Shown here: piece after piece, positions 54,436-62,991 of the stretch | Layout of the letters: each line of letters starts with the position of its first letter | How positions within the stretch are numbered: the first letter of the stretch is position 1 | From: an uncultured Candidatus Micrarchaeota archaeon | Lineage (GTDB): Archaea; Micrarchaeota; Micrarchaeia; Anstonellales; Bilamarchaeaceae | NCBI GenBank assembly: GCA_963804385.1 | Contig: CAWDQD010000013.1 | Location: 43,735 to 107,734, forward strand | Direction of reading: 5' to 3' | Length of the DNA: 64,000 nt | Notes under the pieces: model-generated | Told to the model about the DNA's origin: nothing | Database searches by the model: none | Seen by the model: the letters and a program-made list of their open reading frames with translations, nothing else | Position numbers and translations under genes: made by a program

Positions 54436-55803
54436 ATGAGACAGGTCGAGGTGCGGCAGGGCGTCAAGCCGATGCAGACGGGCATGCGCGCAGATGCCGC
54501 GAGAGCGAAACCCAAGCCTTCGGCGGGGTATGCCACGGTTTCCGAGCGGAGCATGGATCTAGCGGTCAAAGGGAGGTTCGGCGAAGCCGTTTCCCTGCTG
54601 GAAGGTTTCATCGAAGAGAATCCCGCCCATATCGAGGCGCTGAGGAAGCTCATGCGCATGCACATAGCAGCGGGCAATGTCGCCGGAGCTGAATCCGCGT
54701 ACCGCGCAGCCAAGCGCAGGTCTGCCTTGGGGGATAGCCTCGATGTGCTCATGATCAACGTTTATTGCGAAGCCAAGGAATTCGACAAGGCCCTGGAGAT
54801 CATGGAATCGGAGCCGAGCGGCAGGCTGGTCAGCGAGGATGCCTGCGCCAGGGCTTTCCGGTTTTACCTTGACAGGAAGGATTTCGATGGGGTCCTCAGG
54901 GTCCTGGCCGTTGCGTTCAAGAAGTGCGCTCCACCCAAGGAGTCGCTGCTGGAGCTGATCTCCGCGATGGGAAGGGATTGCGTGGAACGCATCATCGGGT
55001 CGGTCCGGGCATCGGCTCCGTTGTGCGGGGCCTCCGAGCGGCCTTTCATCTACTCGAATCTCATCAGCACGTTGAAGGAGCTCGGCATGACGGATGCCGC
55101 GCAGAGGGTGTTCAAGCTGGCGCAGGACAACGGCTCGGTGGACAAGGTCGTCTGCAATTCCATGCTGGCTGCGTATTCCATAGCAGGACGGAGAGACGAG
55201 GCCGAGGAACTCTTCGATTCTGCCGAAAGGACCGGCCTGCTGACCCCGCACGTGTTCACCTCCATGGTAGGGCTCTACTCGAAAGCCGGCGATATGGATG
55301 CTGCCGCGGAAGCGTACGAGAAGGCATGGTCGGCGGGGATGCAGGATCCCCATCTCGTCACGGTCATGACGACCGCATATCTGTGGAGGAAGGAGTACGC
55401 TGAGGCGAAATCCGTCTATGATAGGGCCTGCGAGAGGGGCGTCTCGGACGTTGTCCTGCACGGGACCATGGTCAGGCTGAACATCAAGGCGGACCGGCAT
55501 GAAGACGCGATAGACGCGTTCAATTCCGCCGTGAGCAGCGGCCAGATAGACGTGAGGATATGCGGCGAGATCATCAAGGCATTCCGTTCAGGCACCGAGA
55601 GGGAGATCGCGTTCGAGCTTCTCGGCGAGGCGTGCAACAGGACGGATGTGAACGCCATCAACGTCGCGATCCTGCTGGACGACCTCCTGGCCAGGGGGAG
55701 ACACGATGATGCGGAAAGGGTCGTCGGCTTGCTGCCAAATTCCCTGAAGCGCCACCCGAAGCTCACGACATGGGTCCGGAAGGCATCAGAACCCCGGGAA
55801 TAG
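54436..55803 (+). CDS. Helical-repeat protein with PPR-like (pentatricopeptide/TPR-class) repeats
   Basis: At least six consecutive 34-35-aa units. Examples: YSNLISTLKELGMTDAAQRVFKLAQDNGSVDKVV / CNSMLAAYSIAGRRDEAEELFDSAERTGLLTPHV / FTSMVGLYSKAGDMDAAAEAYEKAWSAGMQDPHL / VTVMTTAYLWRKEYAEAKSVYDRACERGVSDVVL. Confidence 0.7.
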   Translation: MRQVEVRQGVKPMQTGMRADAARAKPKPSAGYATVSERSMDLAVKGRFGEAVSLLEGFIEENPAHIEALRKLMRMHIAAGNVAGAESAYRAAKRRSALGDSLDVLMINVYCEAKEFDKALEIMESEPSGRLVSEDACARAFRFYLDRKDFDGVLRVLAVAFKKCAPPKESLLELISAMGRDCVERIIGSVRASAPLCGASERPFIYSNLISTLKELGMTDAAQRVFKLAQDNGSVDKVVCNSMLAAYSIAGRRDEAEELFDSAERTGLLTPHVFTSMVGLYSKAGDMDAAAEAYEKAWSAGMQDPHLVTVMTTAYLWRKEYAEAKSVYDRACERGVSDVVLHGTMVRLNIKADRHEDAIDAFNSAVSSGQIDVRICGEIIKAFRSGTEREIAFELLGEACNRTDVNAINVAILLDDLLARGRHDDAERVVGLLPNSLKRHPKLTTWVRKASEPRE

Positions 55804-56460
55804 TTTCCAGGTCTTTTTCCTGTATTCTTCATAATCCGGGCCGAACGCTCCGCGCAGGGCCTTCTCTTCCACGTAAATGCGGTATTCGTACGCTGCGATG
55901 CAGACAGCAATCCCTATGACCGCGCCTAGCGTGCTTCCGACGGCCAGGGGAAGTCCGAAGTATGTAAGCAGGCTTCCTGTGTAGGATGGATGCCGGATGT
56001 ACTTGTACGGGCCGTCCGTGACCAGCTCGGCTTTCTCGCGGATCTGGACGCGCACCGTGAAGTGCTTGCCGAGTATTATTATCGCCCATTCGCGCAACGC
56101 GATGCCCGCGAGCGCCAGGATTAACCCGAAATATTGCAGGCCCGGGTTTATCGAACCGTAGCCGGAGTACCGGAACATGAACACTACGAACAATACGACG
56201 AATCCGGCGCCGCTCACTATCCAGAACGACCCGCGGTCCTGGCTCGCAGCCCCGGAGTTCTTCCTGCTCCAGAACGAGTTGACGATTTCGGCTACTATCC
56301 ACGCGCTGAAAACGACCTTGAACGCGACTGCCGCCAAAATAGATGGGAACCATGAATTCGGGAAAGCGTCGGGCTGCGCGATGAGGGAGAAGACGAACAT
56401 GAGGAACCCGATGACCGTGGCGATCGCTATGAGGGTGTCCAATATGTATTCGTTTTTCAT
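55786..56460 (-). CDS. Isoprenylcysteine carboxyl methyltransferase (ICMT)/PEMT-family membrane methyltransferase
   Basis: Multi-TM protein with GPYKYIRHPSYTGSLL. Confidence 0.75.
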   Translation of the reverse strand: MKNEYILDTLIAIATVIGFLMFVFSLIAQPDAFPNSWFPSILAAVAFKVVFSAWIVAEIVNSFWSRKNSGAASQDRGSFWIVSGAGFVVLFVVFMFRYSGYGSINPGLQYFGLILALAGIALREWAIIILGKHFTVRVQIREKAELVTDGPYKYIRHPSYTGSLLTYFGLPLAVGSTLGAVIGIAVCIAAYEYRIYVEEKALRGAFGPDYEEYRKKTWKLFPGF

Positions 56461-56563
56461 CCTGATCGCTTTGATATCCGCGCGGAATATTTATCAATGG
56501 CATCGCGACATGACGGGTGCCAGACACACGACTTGAATCAGTCTGCCCGCACAAAAGAAATAA

Positions 56564-57544
56564 TCAAGAGTGCGTGGGATTATAAATTCCAGAAGTGCGG
56601 GTAGTCAACGGGTCATCTCCTCTTTTCTTTTCGCTCCAGAATTTCAGATAGATAAGCGCCTTCGGCGCGATGATTTTCAGTGCACTAATCTGCTTTCGAT
56701 CCATAACGCCCTTTCGCTGCAATACCCGCTCTGCTTCTTTGAGCTTTTCCTGGTTTCCCGAATCGGAAAGCACTACTTTTTCGATATCGTAGAATCCATT
56801 GTCCATATCGGCTAGCAATAGCAATGCCTTGGCAGCCATGGTGGCGAGTTCCTGCCTTTTGATCTTGCCCTTGGCGAGGAACTCCTCGAAACTGCCGAGT
56901 GCTTTGGGCGGGATGAAGAAATCCGGTAATGGAGTGACGTCTATGCACTTCAGCAAGGCAGATTGGACGCTCTGAACGCACTGCATCTCGCTGAATCGTG
57001 TTTCTCTCAATTTGTTTTGGTCTGATATGATATGACGCCAGTCACCCCGCATATGGTTCAGATCAACTCCCAGCTCCAGCAGGCAATCGATATCGAAAAT
57101 ATCTTTGATAATCTGGGTGGGTTCAATCTCAAGCCGTCCTATTGTACCGAAGGCGAGTGATGAAAGCTTTGCAGCCAGGAAGTAGCACTTCTTGGGGATA
57201 CGTACCATCGTATCATCAATCTTGTGCGTTTCAGTTTCTGGAATGTCAAACCTCCCGATGTCGAGTTTCACCATCACATCATCTTTAGAGATGCTGTAAA
57301 AGAGAAAATTCTGAGACCGGCTATACCGTTCTGTCACCGCGTACCCTGCATCCTTGAGGCTTTTGATAAGCGCTCCCACATCTCCAGGATAAGAGATGTC
57401 CAAATCGATGCTCAGCCGCTTTGGCTTTTCGAACAGAGCCTGTATCGCGCTTCCACCTAGAAACACTATCCGAGGCTCTATCTTCACGAGCAGTGATAGA
57501 ACCCTGAAGACGGTCCTGCTCCTTTTCTCAAAATCCTTGTTCAT
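56564..57544 (-). CDS. AbiEii/AbiGii-like nucleotidyltransferase toxin (DUF1814)
   Basis: FLGGSAIQALF...RLSIDLDISY (GGxA...SxDxD NTase motif), about 326 aa. The gene is visibly AT-richer than its flanks. Confidence 0.7.
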   Translation of the reverse strand: MNKDFEKRSRTVFRVLSLLVKIEPRIVFLGGSAIQALFEKPKRLSIDLDISYPGDVGALIKSLKDAGYAVTERYSRSQNFLFYSISKDDVMVKLDIGRFDIPETETHKIDDTMVRIPKKCYFLAAKLSSLAFGTIGRLEIEPTQIIKDIFDIDCLLELGVDLNHMRGDWRHIISDQNKLRETRFSEMQCVQSVQSALLKCIDVTPLPDFFIPPKALGSFEEFLAKGKIKRQELATMAAKALLLLADMDNGFYDIEKVVLSDSGNQEKLKEAERVLQRKGVMDRKQISALKIIAPKALIYLKFWSEKKRGDDPLTTRTSGIYNPTHS

Positions 57545-58143
57545 GTAATCATCTTTACAAGCTCTACGTTTCTGCGACCGGCTCTGTAATGCCTTTCGTC
57601 TATTTTCAGATGGGTCTTTTTTGATAACTCATATGCGAAGATACTCACGAACCAGCCCAGGTACCTCCTCAGGGAATACCGGTACAATTCATTGAAATGT
57701 ATAGGTTTGCCGCCAGTAAGATAATACTCCCACAAATCAAGTACGTCTTTCAGGGAGAGCGGTAATATCTCGTTTTTCGCGTAGTGGAGAAGGTCCACAA
57801 GGCATTTCTCGAGTTTGGGTTGGACTCCCTCGACCTCTCTCCTGTTCCTGGCCTCGCTCGCCACAATCACGATGCTCGCCTCATTTTCCGGTCTCGTAAT
57901 CTTGAGAACTGGTTTTTTTATGCCGTAATAGACGTCATAACGGGTGTATGCCTGAGCGACAAGTCCGGCCAGTGAATCTACGGCCACCGGATCGCATTCT
58001 ATGAAAATGATGTTCCTCCTCCAGTTATGCATGAATGGGATGAATGGGGAGAGGTCCCAGATCACGAAACCTAGGGCGGGCATCTCCTTATGGATGATTT
58101 TTGTTATTTTTTCGGTTTCCTTTCCGAAGGTCATACTTGTCAT
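57541..58143 (-). CDS. Upstream partner of the AbiEii-like toxin (putative AbiEi-type antitoxin/regulator)
   Basis: ATGA overlap with the toxin gene, about 200 aa. The position and size fit AbiEi, but I recognised no definitive motif. Confidence 0.5.
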   Translation of the reverse strand: MTSMTFGKETEKITKIIHKEMPALGFVIWDLSPFIPFMHNWRRNIIFIECDPVAVDSLAGLVAQAYTRYDVYYGIKKPVLKITRPENEASIVIVASEARNRREVEGVQPKLEKCLVDLLHYAKNEILPLSLKDVLDLWEYYLTGGKPIHFNELYRYSLRRYLGWFVSIFAYELSKKTHLKIDERHYRAGRRNVELVKMIT

Positions 58144-58209
58144 GTAGATAGATTATATGACAAATATATTTAAAACTATGTTTTGTCATGTAGATAAACT
58201 ACATGACAA
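58137..58209. promoter_or_regulatory. Operator-like repeats at the AbiE-like promoter
   Basis: TTGTCATGTAGATA occurs at 58137-58150 (overlapping the start codon) and 58183-58196. There is a perfect 11-bp inverted repeat TTGTCATGTAG-ataaa-CTACATGACAA at 58183-58209. The TATA ttttaaatatat lies between them. Confidence 0.6.
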
Positions 58210-58236
58210 GTGGCTACCCGCAGCTGGACCCCGATA

Positions 58237-58905
58237 TCAGGGTTTCCTCGCGAGTATCACCGCTTCGAGCCCTTCCCGGAAATGCACGTCCGCGACGAAC
58301 CCGATTTTTGTGAGAAGAGAGACCGCTTCCTGGAGCATGAAATAATTCGGCGCGTCCGCTTGGTAGTGCGCCACCCACTCCTCGTTGAGCGGGCTGGGGA
58401 GTTTCTTGCATAGCTCAAGCTGCCACTCGAATACGCGCTTCTGCACCATCCGGTCGCTATACGAGAATAGATCCCCGTCCACGAACGCGCCGCCTTTGCT
58501 CAGGCTGCGGAATATGAGGGAAAAAATCTCCTCCTGCGCTTCTTTGGGCAGGTTGTGGATGACGTATGCAGCGTAGATGGTGTCGAATCTCCGGTCCGAC
58601 AGGTAATCCAGCGCATCGGCCGATTCGACCGTGAGCTTCGGGTTGGAAAAGCGTCCGCGCACTATCTCGGCCATCTCGGGGCTCCGGTCGATAGCGTGGA
58701 GGCTCCTGATGCAAGGCGGCATTTTATCTAGGACGAAGGATAGCGTGATGCCCGTACCCACGCCAAGCTCCGCTACGTCGCCTTTCTCCTGCTGCACCAG
58801 ATCCGCCACCTTCCGCTGGAACGCGTCGTGGTGCGGGATTATCTTCCCGAAGTCGTCGTATTCCCGCGCCTTTTTCCCGTGGAACAACGCGTCTTTCTGC
58901 TTCAT
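58237..58905 (-). CDS. Class I SAM-dependent methyltransferase
   Basis: VAELGVGTGITL (motif I) and FDTIYAAYVIHNL (motif II/III region). Confidence 0.75.
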   Translation of the reverse strand: MKQKDALFHGKKAREYDDFGKIIPHHDAFQRKVADLVQQEKGDVAELGVGTGITLSFVLDKMPPCIRSLHAIDRSPEMAEIVRGRFSNPKLTVESADALDYLSDRRFDTIYAAYVIHNLPKEAQEEIFSLIFRSLSKGGAFVDGDLFSYSDRMVQKRVFEWQLELCKKLPSPLNEEWVAHYQADAPNYFMLQEAVSLLTKIGFVADVHFREGLEAVILARKP

Positions 58906-58914
58906 AGTCTCACC

Positions 58915-59571
58915 TCAGAATCTTTTGGAAATGAAACCGCCCGCATTATAGGCGACGTCTGGCTTGTGCCCCATCTCTGACAGATCAAGCGCCGCTCCTG
59001 CCCCCCAGCCGCTCAGCTCCAGCCCGAGCCGCAGCCTCTGCGCGCTGAAGATGTTGCCGCCCTTGTCGCCATCGGTCAGGTTCTCGAACTGCGTGAGCAG
59101 CCGCACTGTCTTGAAGAGCCCCGGGGCGAACCTCACGACAGTGTCCGATTCGAGGTAAGGCTGGCTGTCCATGCCGATCGTCGCAACAGTGAAAAGGCTG
59201 ATATCGCCTTTTTTTACGAAGAACTGCGCGCCGGCCCTGGGAACGGCCTTCCCGCCGAACGCCTGCACCTCGCCGACGGCATCCAGTCCGCCAGCCAGAT
59301 TTATGCACAAATCCGCAAGAGCGAAAGAGCTGATCGCTCCGGTGTAATCCACGGACGGCCTCGCCCTGATGAACACGCCGAGTTTTTTCGTGACGTCCGC
59401 CGACGCTTTCATGTCCATGGTCGCGCTCTTGTTCCCGGCCATCAATTCGATTGAATCCGCTTTGGCCGGGTTCGCCATCATGATGCCTGCGACCAGAACG
59501 GCCCCTGCGAACGCCCTGCTTGATCCTGCGGATGGGATATTCCCGTTATCCTTGGTTTTTTTGAATTCCAC
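58915..59571 (-). CDS. Secreted protein with a beta-barrel-OMP-like alternating pattern and a C-terminal Phe
   Basis: There is no ATG before the hydrophobic core, so a GTG at 59571 was chosen (VEFKKTKDNGN...AFAGAVLVAGIMMANPAKA-DS, signal-like). About 10-12 amphipathic beta-strand-like segments are present (LGVFIRARPSVDY, SLFTVATIGMD, QRLRLGLELSG, GAGAALDLSE). The protein ends ...AYNAGGFISKRF. Confidence 0.5.
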   Translation of the reverse strand: MEFKKTKDNGNIPSAGSSRAFAGAVLVAGIMMANPAKADSIELMAGNKSATMDMKASADVTKKLGVFIRARPSVDYTGAISSFALADLCINLAGGLDAVGEVQAFGGKAVPRAGAQFFVKKGDISLFTVATIGMDSQPYLESDTVVRFAPGLFKTVRLLTQFENLTDGDKGGNIFSAQRLRLGLELSGWGAGAALDLSEMGHKPDVAYNAGGFISKRF

Positions 59572-59667
59572 AATTATCACCAAGTACGACAACTCAATCA
59601 GGATATATATTATCTCATGAAGAAAAACGCAAGAAAACCGCAATTTTATTAAAGTTATTTAGGATAA

Positions 59668-60642
59668 ATGGCATATATGAAACTGGACAAGAAGGACAGG
59701 GACCTGCTCACGCTCCTTTACACCGACTCGCGCGCCAGCTTCACGGAGATGGGCAGGGAACTAAGGCTGAGCAGCAGCACCGTGGAGAGGAGGATGCGCA
59801 GGCTGCAGGAAGGCGGGGTCATAACATTGCTGATGGCCAACATAAATTTCGCCAAGCTCGGCCTCAGATCCTACCGGCTCTATTTCAAGTTCGACGTGAT
59901 GGACGCGAAGACCGAGAAGGAGATGCTTCTCTTGTTCGGCACGATACCGAACACGCTCTGGGGGGTCGTATGCGAAGGGGAGTACGACGTGTTATGGAGG
60001 ATAGTCGTGCGGGACGAGATCGACGTGGAGGACATAATGAACCTGGTCACGGCCCGATTCGGCGCCAGGATAATCGAGAAGTCGGTGGCCACGACCACGT
60101 ACCAGACATACCTCTCGTGGAACCGCGCTTTCGGCGGCGGGCGCAAGCCCGAGTTCCCGCTCCAGCGTGCGGGCGAGATCGAAAAACCGGATGAGACAGA
60201 CATGAGGATACTCGCGGCGCTCTACGGGAACTCTCGCGCGACGACCGTGGAGCTCGCGGATCTGGTAGGCCTCACCCCGGACGCCGTCAGCTACAGGATG
60301 AGGAAACTCTCGGAGAGGGGATTGATACTGGGCTACACCGCGTGGTACGACGCGAAGGAGCTCGGGCTGGAATACTACAAGATACTCTTCGGTTTCAGGG
60401 GCATGACGGCCGAGAAGGAGAAGAAATTCCTGGATTTCTGCCTGGAGCACGATTCGGTCATATTCCTGAACAAGACCATCGGCTCCTGGGACATGGAGGT
60501 GGACGTCATAGTCAAGGACGTGACGGAGCTGCACGGATTCCTGCTGGAGATAAAGACGAAGTTCGGCCACATGATAGGCAAGCACGCTTATGTAGCTGCG
60601 ATAGAGGAGAGGATGCTGAACCCGCTTAGGGAGCATCTGTGA
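59668..60642 (+). CDS. Fused tandem Lrp/AsnC-family transcriptional regulator (two HTH + RAM units)
   Basis: LDKKDRDLLTLLYTDSRASFTEMGRELRLSSSTVERRMRRLQEGGVI, and a second unit DETDMRILAALYGNSRATTVELADLVGLTPDAVSYRMRKLSERGLI. Confidence 0.8.
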   Translation: MAYMKLDKKDRDLLTLLYTDSRASFTEMGRELRLSSSTVERRMRRLQEGGVITLLMANINFAKLGLRSYRLYFKFDVMDAKTEKEMLLLFGTIPNTLWGVVCEGEYDVLWRIVVRDEIDVEDIMNLVTARFGARIIEKSVATTTYQTYLSWNRAFGGGRKPEFPLQRAGEIEKPDETDMRILAALYGNSRATTVELADLVGLTPDAVSYRMRKLSERGLILGYTAWYDAKELGLEYYKILFGFRGMTAEKEKKFLDFCLEHDSVIFLNKTIGSWDMEVDVIVKDVTELHGFLLEIKTKFGHMIGKHAYVAAIEERMLNPLREHL

Positions 60643-60669
60643 TTTTCCGCCCAGGTTGGGATCGTAAGA

Positions 60670-61143
60670 TTAAGGTTTCTCGAGCGCGCCCTTGGCCGAT
60701 TCGGAGATCTGGAGCTGCAACGGCCTGCCCGGATCTATCGGTATGCCGTATTTGGAAATCGATTCTGGTGTGATATGTATGGCCGTTATATCCCTGGAAA
60801 CTTCGTCCCGCTCATAAGTGTTGGCGCCTATGACACAGTCCCAGTCTCTGGGGTAATCCTTGTTCCTTGGGTCTTTGAGATCTAAAAGCACAAGAAAGCC
60901 GTGCTGTGAAGCGGTTTCTATGAAAACGAGAGGCTTCGGCAATGGAGCCCCATCCGAACCGTTGCGGACGAGAAGCGCCCGTACCTGGGTTCCATAATTG
61001 CCTACGATGATCGGTTCGCATGCGCTGACCTCAAGCCTGTGCTTGAGAGCCATATTGCGATCTCCATCGACAAGCCCCTTCCGGGATGCGAATGGCTGGA
61101 CGCCATCGGCAGGAGCAAGGGGCTTTCGTATAAGGCTAGCCAT
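60670..61143 (-). CDS. Hypothetical protein (157 aa)
   Basis: ORF only. Confidence 0.4.
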   Translation of the reverse strand: MASLIRKPLAPADGVQPFASRKGLVDGDRNMALKHRLEVSACEPIIVGNYGTQVRALLVRNGSDGAPLPKPLVFIETASQHGFLVLLDLKDPRNKDYPRDWDCVIGANTYERDEVSRDITAIHITPESISKYGIPIDPGRPLQLQISESAKGALEKP

Positions 61144-61249
61144 AAATTTAATGTGTTACTATATATTTAAAAATGGGAGCAAAGAACGGGATTGAAACAC
61201 ATTCATAGAGATAGATAGATGAGATTGATAGGAATAGAGGAATATAGGT

Positions 61250-61363
61250 GTCAGCAGCAGCGTATCTTCCCGCCCATAGGGCAGTACAAATATCGCCGTG
61301 AAAGAGCTTAACTTCTGAGTTCGGAACGGGATCAGGTGTTTCCTCTTTCCTATGACCGCTGAC
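61250..61363 (-). rRNA. 5S ribosomal RNA (not linked to 16S/23S in this window)
   Basis: The minus strand reads GUCAGCGGUCAUAGGAAAGAGGAAACACCUGAUCCCGUUCCGAACUCAGAAGUUAAGCUCUUUCACGGCGAU...GGGAAGAUACGCUGCUGCUGAC. It has the conserved CCGAAC...GAAGUUAAGC core and an 8-bp helix I between the ends. The ends are accurate to within a few nt. Confidence 0.85.
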
Positions 61364-61385
61364 AAAATTAATATGAGCTATAGGG

Positions 61386-61394
61386 TTTATAAAG
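61386..61394 (-). promoter_or_regulatory. TATA box for the 5S rRNA gene
   Basis: The minus strand reads CTTTATAAA, about 23-31 nt upstream of the 5S 5' end. Confidence 0.5.
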
Positions 61395-61449
61395 ATAAGC
61401 AAGAGCGCATGCCCATCAAATAAAAACACTCCATACGAGAACGGTTCTT

Positions 61450-62976
61450 ATGACTGAGACTACGCATATGCACTGGTCGGAATGGCTCGCCGAACGCGTC
61501 ATAGCCGAGAAGAAAGAGCCGTACGTCATCGCGAGCGGGATAACCACTTCGGGCCCGGCGCATCTCGGTACGTTGTGCGAGTTCCTGTTCCCGGACGCCA
61601 TAAGGAAGCAGATAGAGAAACGAGGGAAAAAAGTCACGTTCTATTTCATGGCCGATATACTCGACGCGTTCGATTCCGTTCCTTTAGCCATGGAACAGTA
61701 CAAATCTCAGCTGGAGCCGCACCTCGGGAAGCCGCTGTGCGACGTCCCCGACCCGACCGGGAAAGCGAAAAGCTTCGGCGACCATTTCCTCGAAGAGGTC
61801 GTGGCCTTGATGGGCAAGTTCGGCGTGAAGGCGACCGTCCTCCGCATGAACGAGGTCTACGAGAGCGGGAGATTCGACGAGTGGGCGGGGTTCTATTTCA
61901 AGAACGAGGCGGAGGCGAAGAGGATAGTCGAGGAGTCGAGCGGGAAACAGGAGAAGAAGGACTGGTCCCCCATAATGCCGATATGCGAGAAATGCGGCAG
62001 GGTCGCGACCACGCGGGTCGTCAGCCACACCGACGATTCATACGAATACGTCTGCGACAAGGACGTGAAATACACCAAAGGATGCGGCCATCGCGGCAAG
62101 AACAGGATCTCTGATCACAGGTACAAGCTCACATGGAGGCTGGACTGGCCGACGAGAAAACAAATATTCCACACGAGCATAGAGGGCGCGGGCATGGACC
62201 ACCACACGAAGGGCGGCTCGGAGGACACCTGCAGGGAGATAACCCAGAAGCTCATGAAGGCGGATTACCATATCCCGTTCAAGTACGGGTTCATACTCTT
62301 CCAGGGGAAGAAATACTCCAAATCCAAGGGCATAGGCATGGGCGTGTCGGACCTGGTGATGCTGGTGCCGCCGGAGATACTCAAATACATACTCATCAAG
62401 CCGGACCTCGAGGAGAACGTGGATATCAATCCGACTCCTGAGAATTTGCTAAAGACCATGGAGGATTTCCAGCTCGCCGCCCAGCTATCGGGCAAGGACA
62501 AGGAGGGCATGAGCAGGCACGAGAGGAAGATGGCGATCGCTTTCGAATTGTCAGCTGACAAGCTGAACTGGAAAGTCCCGTTTTTGGACGTGCTATTGTA
62601 TTACCAGATATACGGGAGCTGGGAAAAAGTCGCGGACATGACCAAGGACCCGGAAGGCACAGAGTACCTGAGGCCCTTCGTCACGGAGTGGATAAACCGG
62701 AGCTTCATGCCAGAGGATTACCGCTTCAAGTACCAGCCCGGAGTTTTGCCTGTTTCAGAAAACGTGAAGGGTGCGCTTGGAGTGCTCAAGCCCGATATGG
62801 ACGCATTGGCGATTCATAACGCGATCCATGATTACGCGTCCGGCAAGGGCATCGAGACGAAGGTTATGTTCTCGGAGCTATACCGCGCGCTCATAGGAAA
62901 AGAACGCGGCCCGCGCGCGGGAAAGCTGATCGCCGCCCTCGGAGTGGAGAAGGTGAAGAAGGATCTCGGCGCTTGA
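61450..62976 (+). CDS. lysK: Class I lysyl-tRNA synthetase
   Basis: ITTSGPAHLGTLCEF (HIGH-type motif), GKKYSKSKG (KMSKS-type), and about 508 aa, typical of archaeal-type LysRS. The start could instead be the ATG at 61468. Confidence 0.88.
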   Translation: MTETTHMHWSEWLAERVIAEKKEPYVIASGITTSGPAHLGTLCEFLFPDAIRKQIEKRGKKVTFYFMADILDAFDSVPLAMEQYKSQLEPHLGKPLCDVPDPTGKAKSFGDHFLEEVVALMGKFGVKATVLRMNEVYESGRFDEWAGFYFKNEAEAKRIVEESSGKQEKKDWSPIMPICEKCGRVATTRVVSHTDDSYEYVCDKDVKYTKGCGHRGKNRISDHRYKLTWRLDWPTRKQIFHTSIEGAGMDHHTKGGSEDTCREITQKLMKADYHIPFKYGFILFQGKKYSKSKGIGMGVSDLVMLVPPEILKYILIKPDLEENVDINPTPENLLKTMEDFQLAAQLSGKDKEGMSRHERKMAIAFELSADKLNWKVPFLDVLLYYQIYGSWEKVADMTKDPEGTEYLRPFVTEWINRSFMPEDYRFKYQPGVLPVSENVKGALGVLKPDMDALAIHNAIHDYASGKGIETKVMFSELYRALIGKERGPRAGKLIAALGVEKVKKDLGA

Positions 62977-62991
62977 AAAGACTAAAAGCGG

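Noticed and set aside
54559-55500. A 313-aa minus-strand ORF opposite the PPR-like gene.
   Set aside because: The plus-strand frame shows a regular 34-35-aa repeat structure, whereas the antisense translation is featureless and Arg/Pro-rich.
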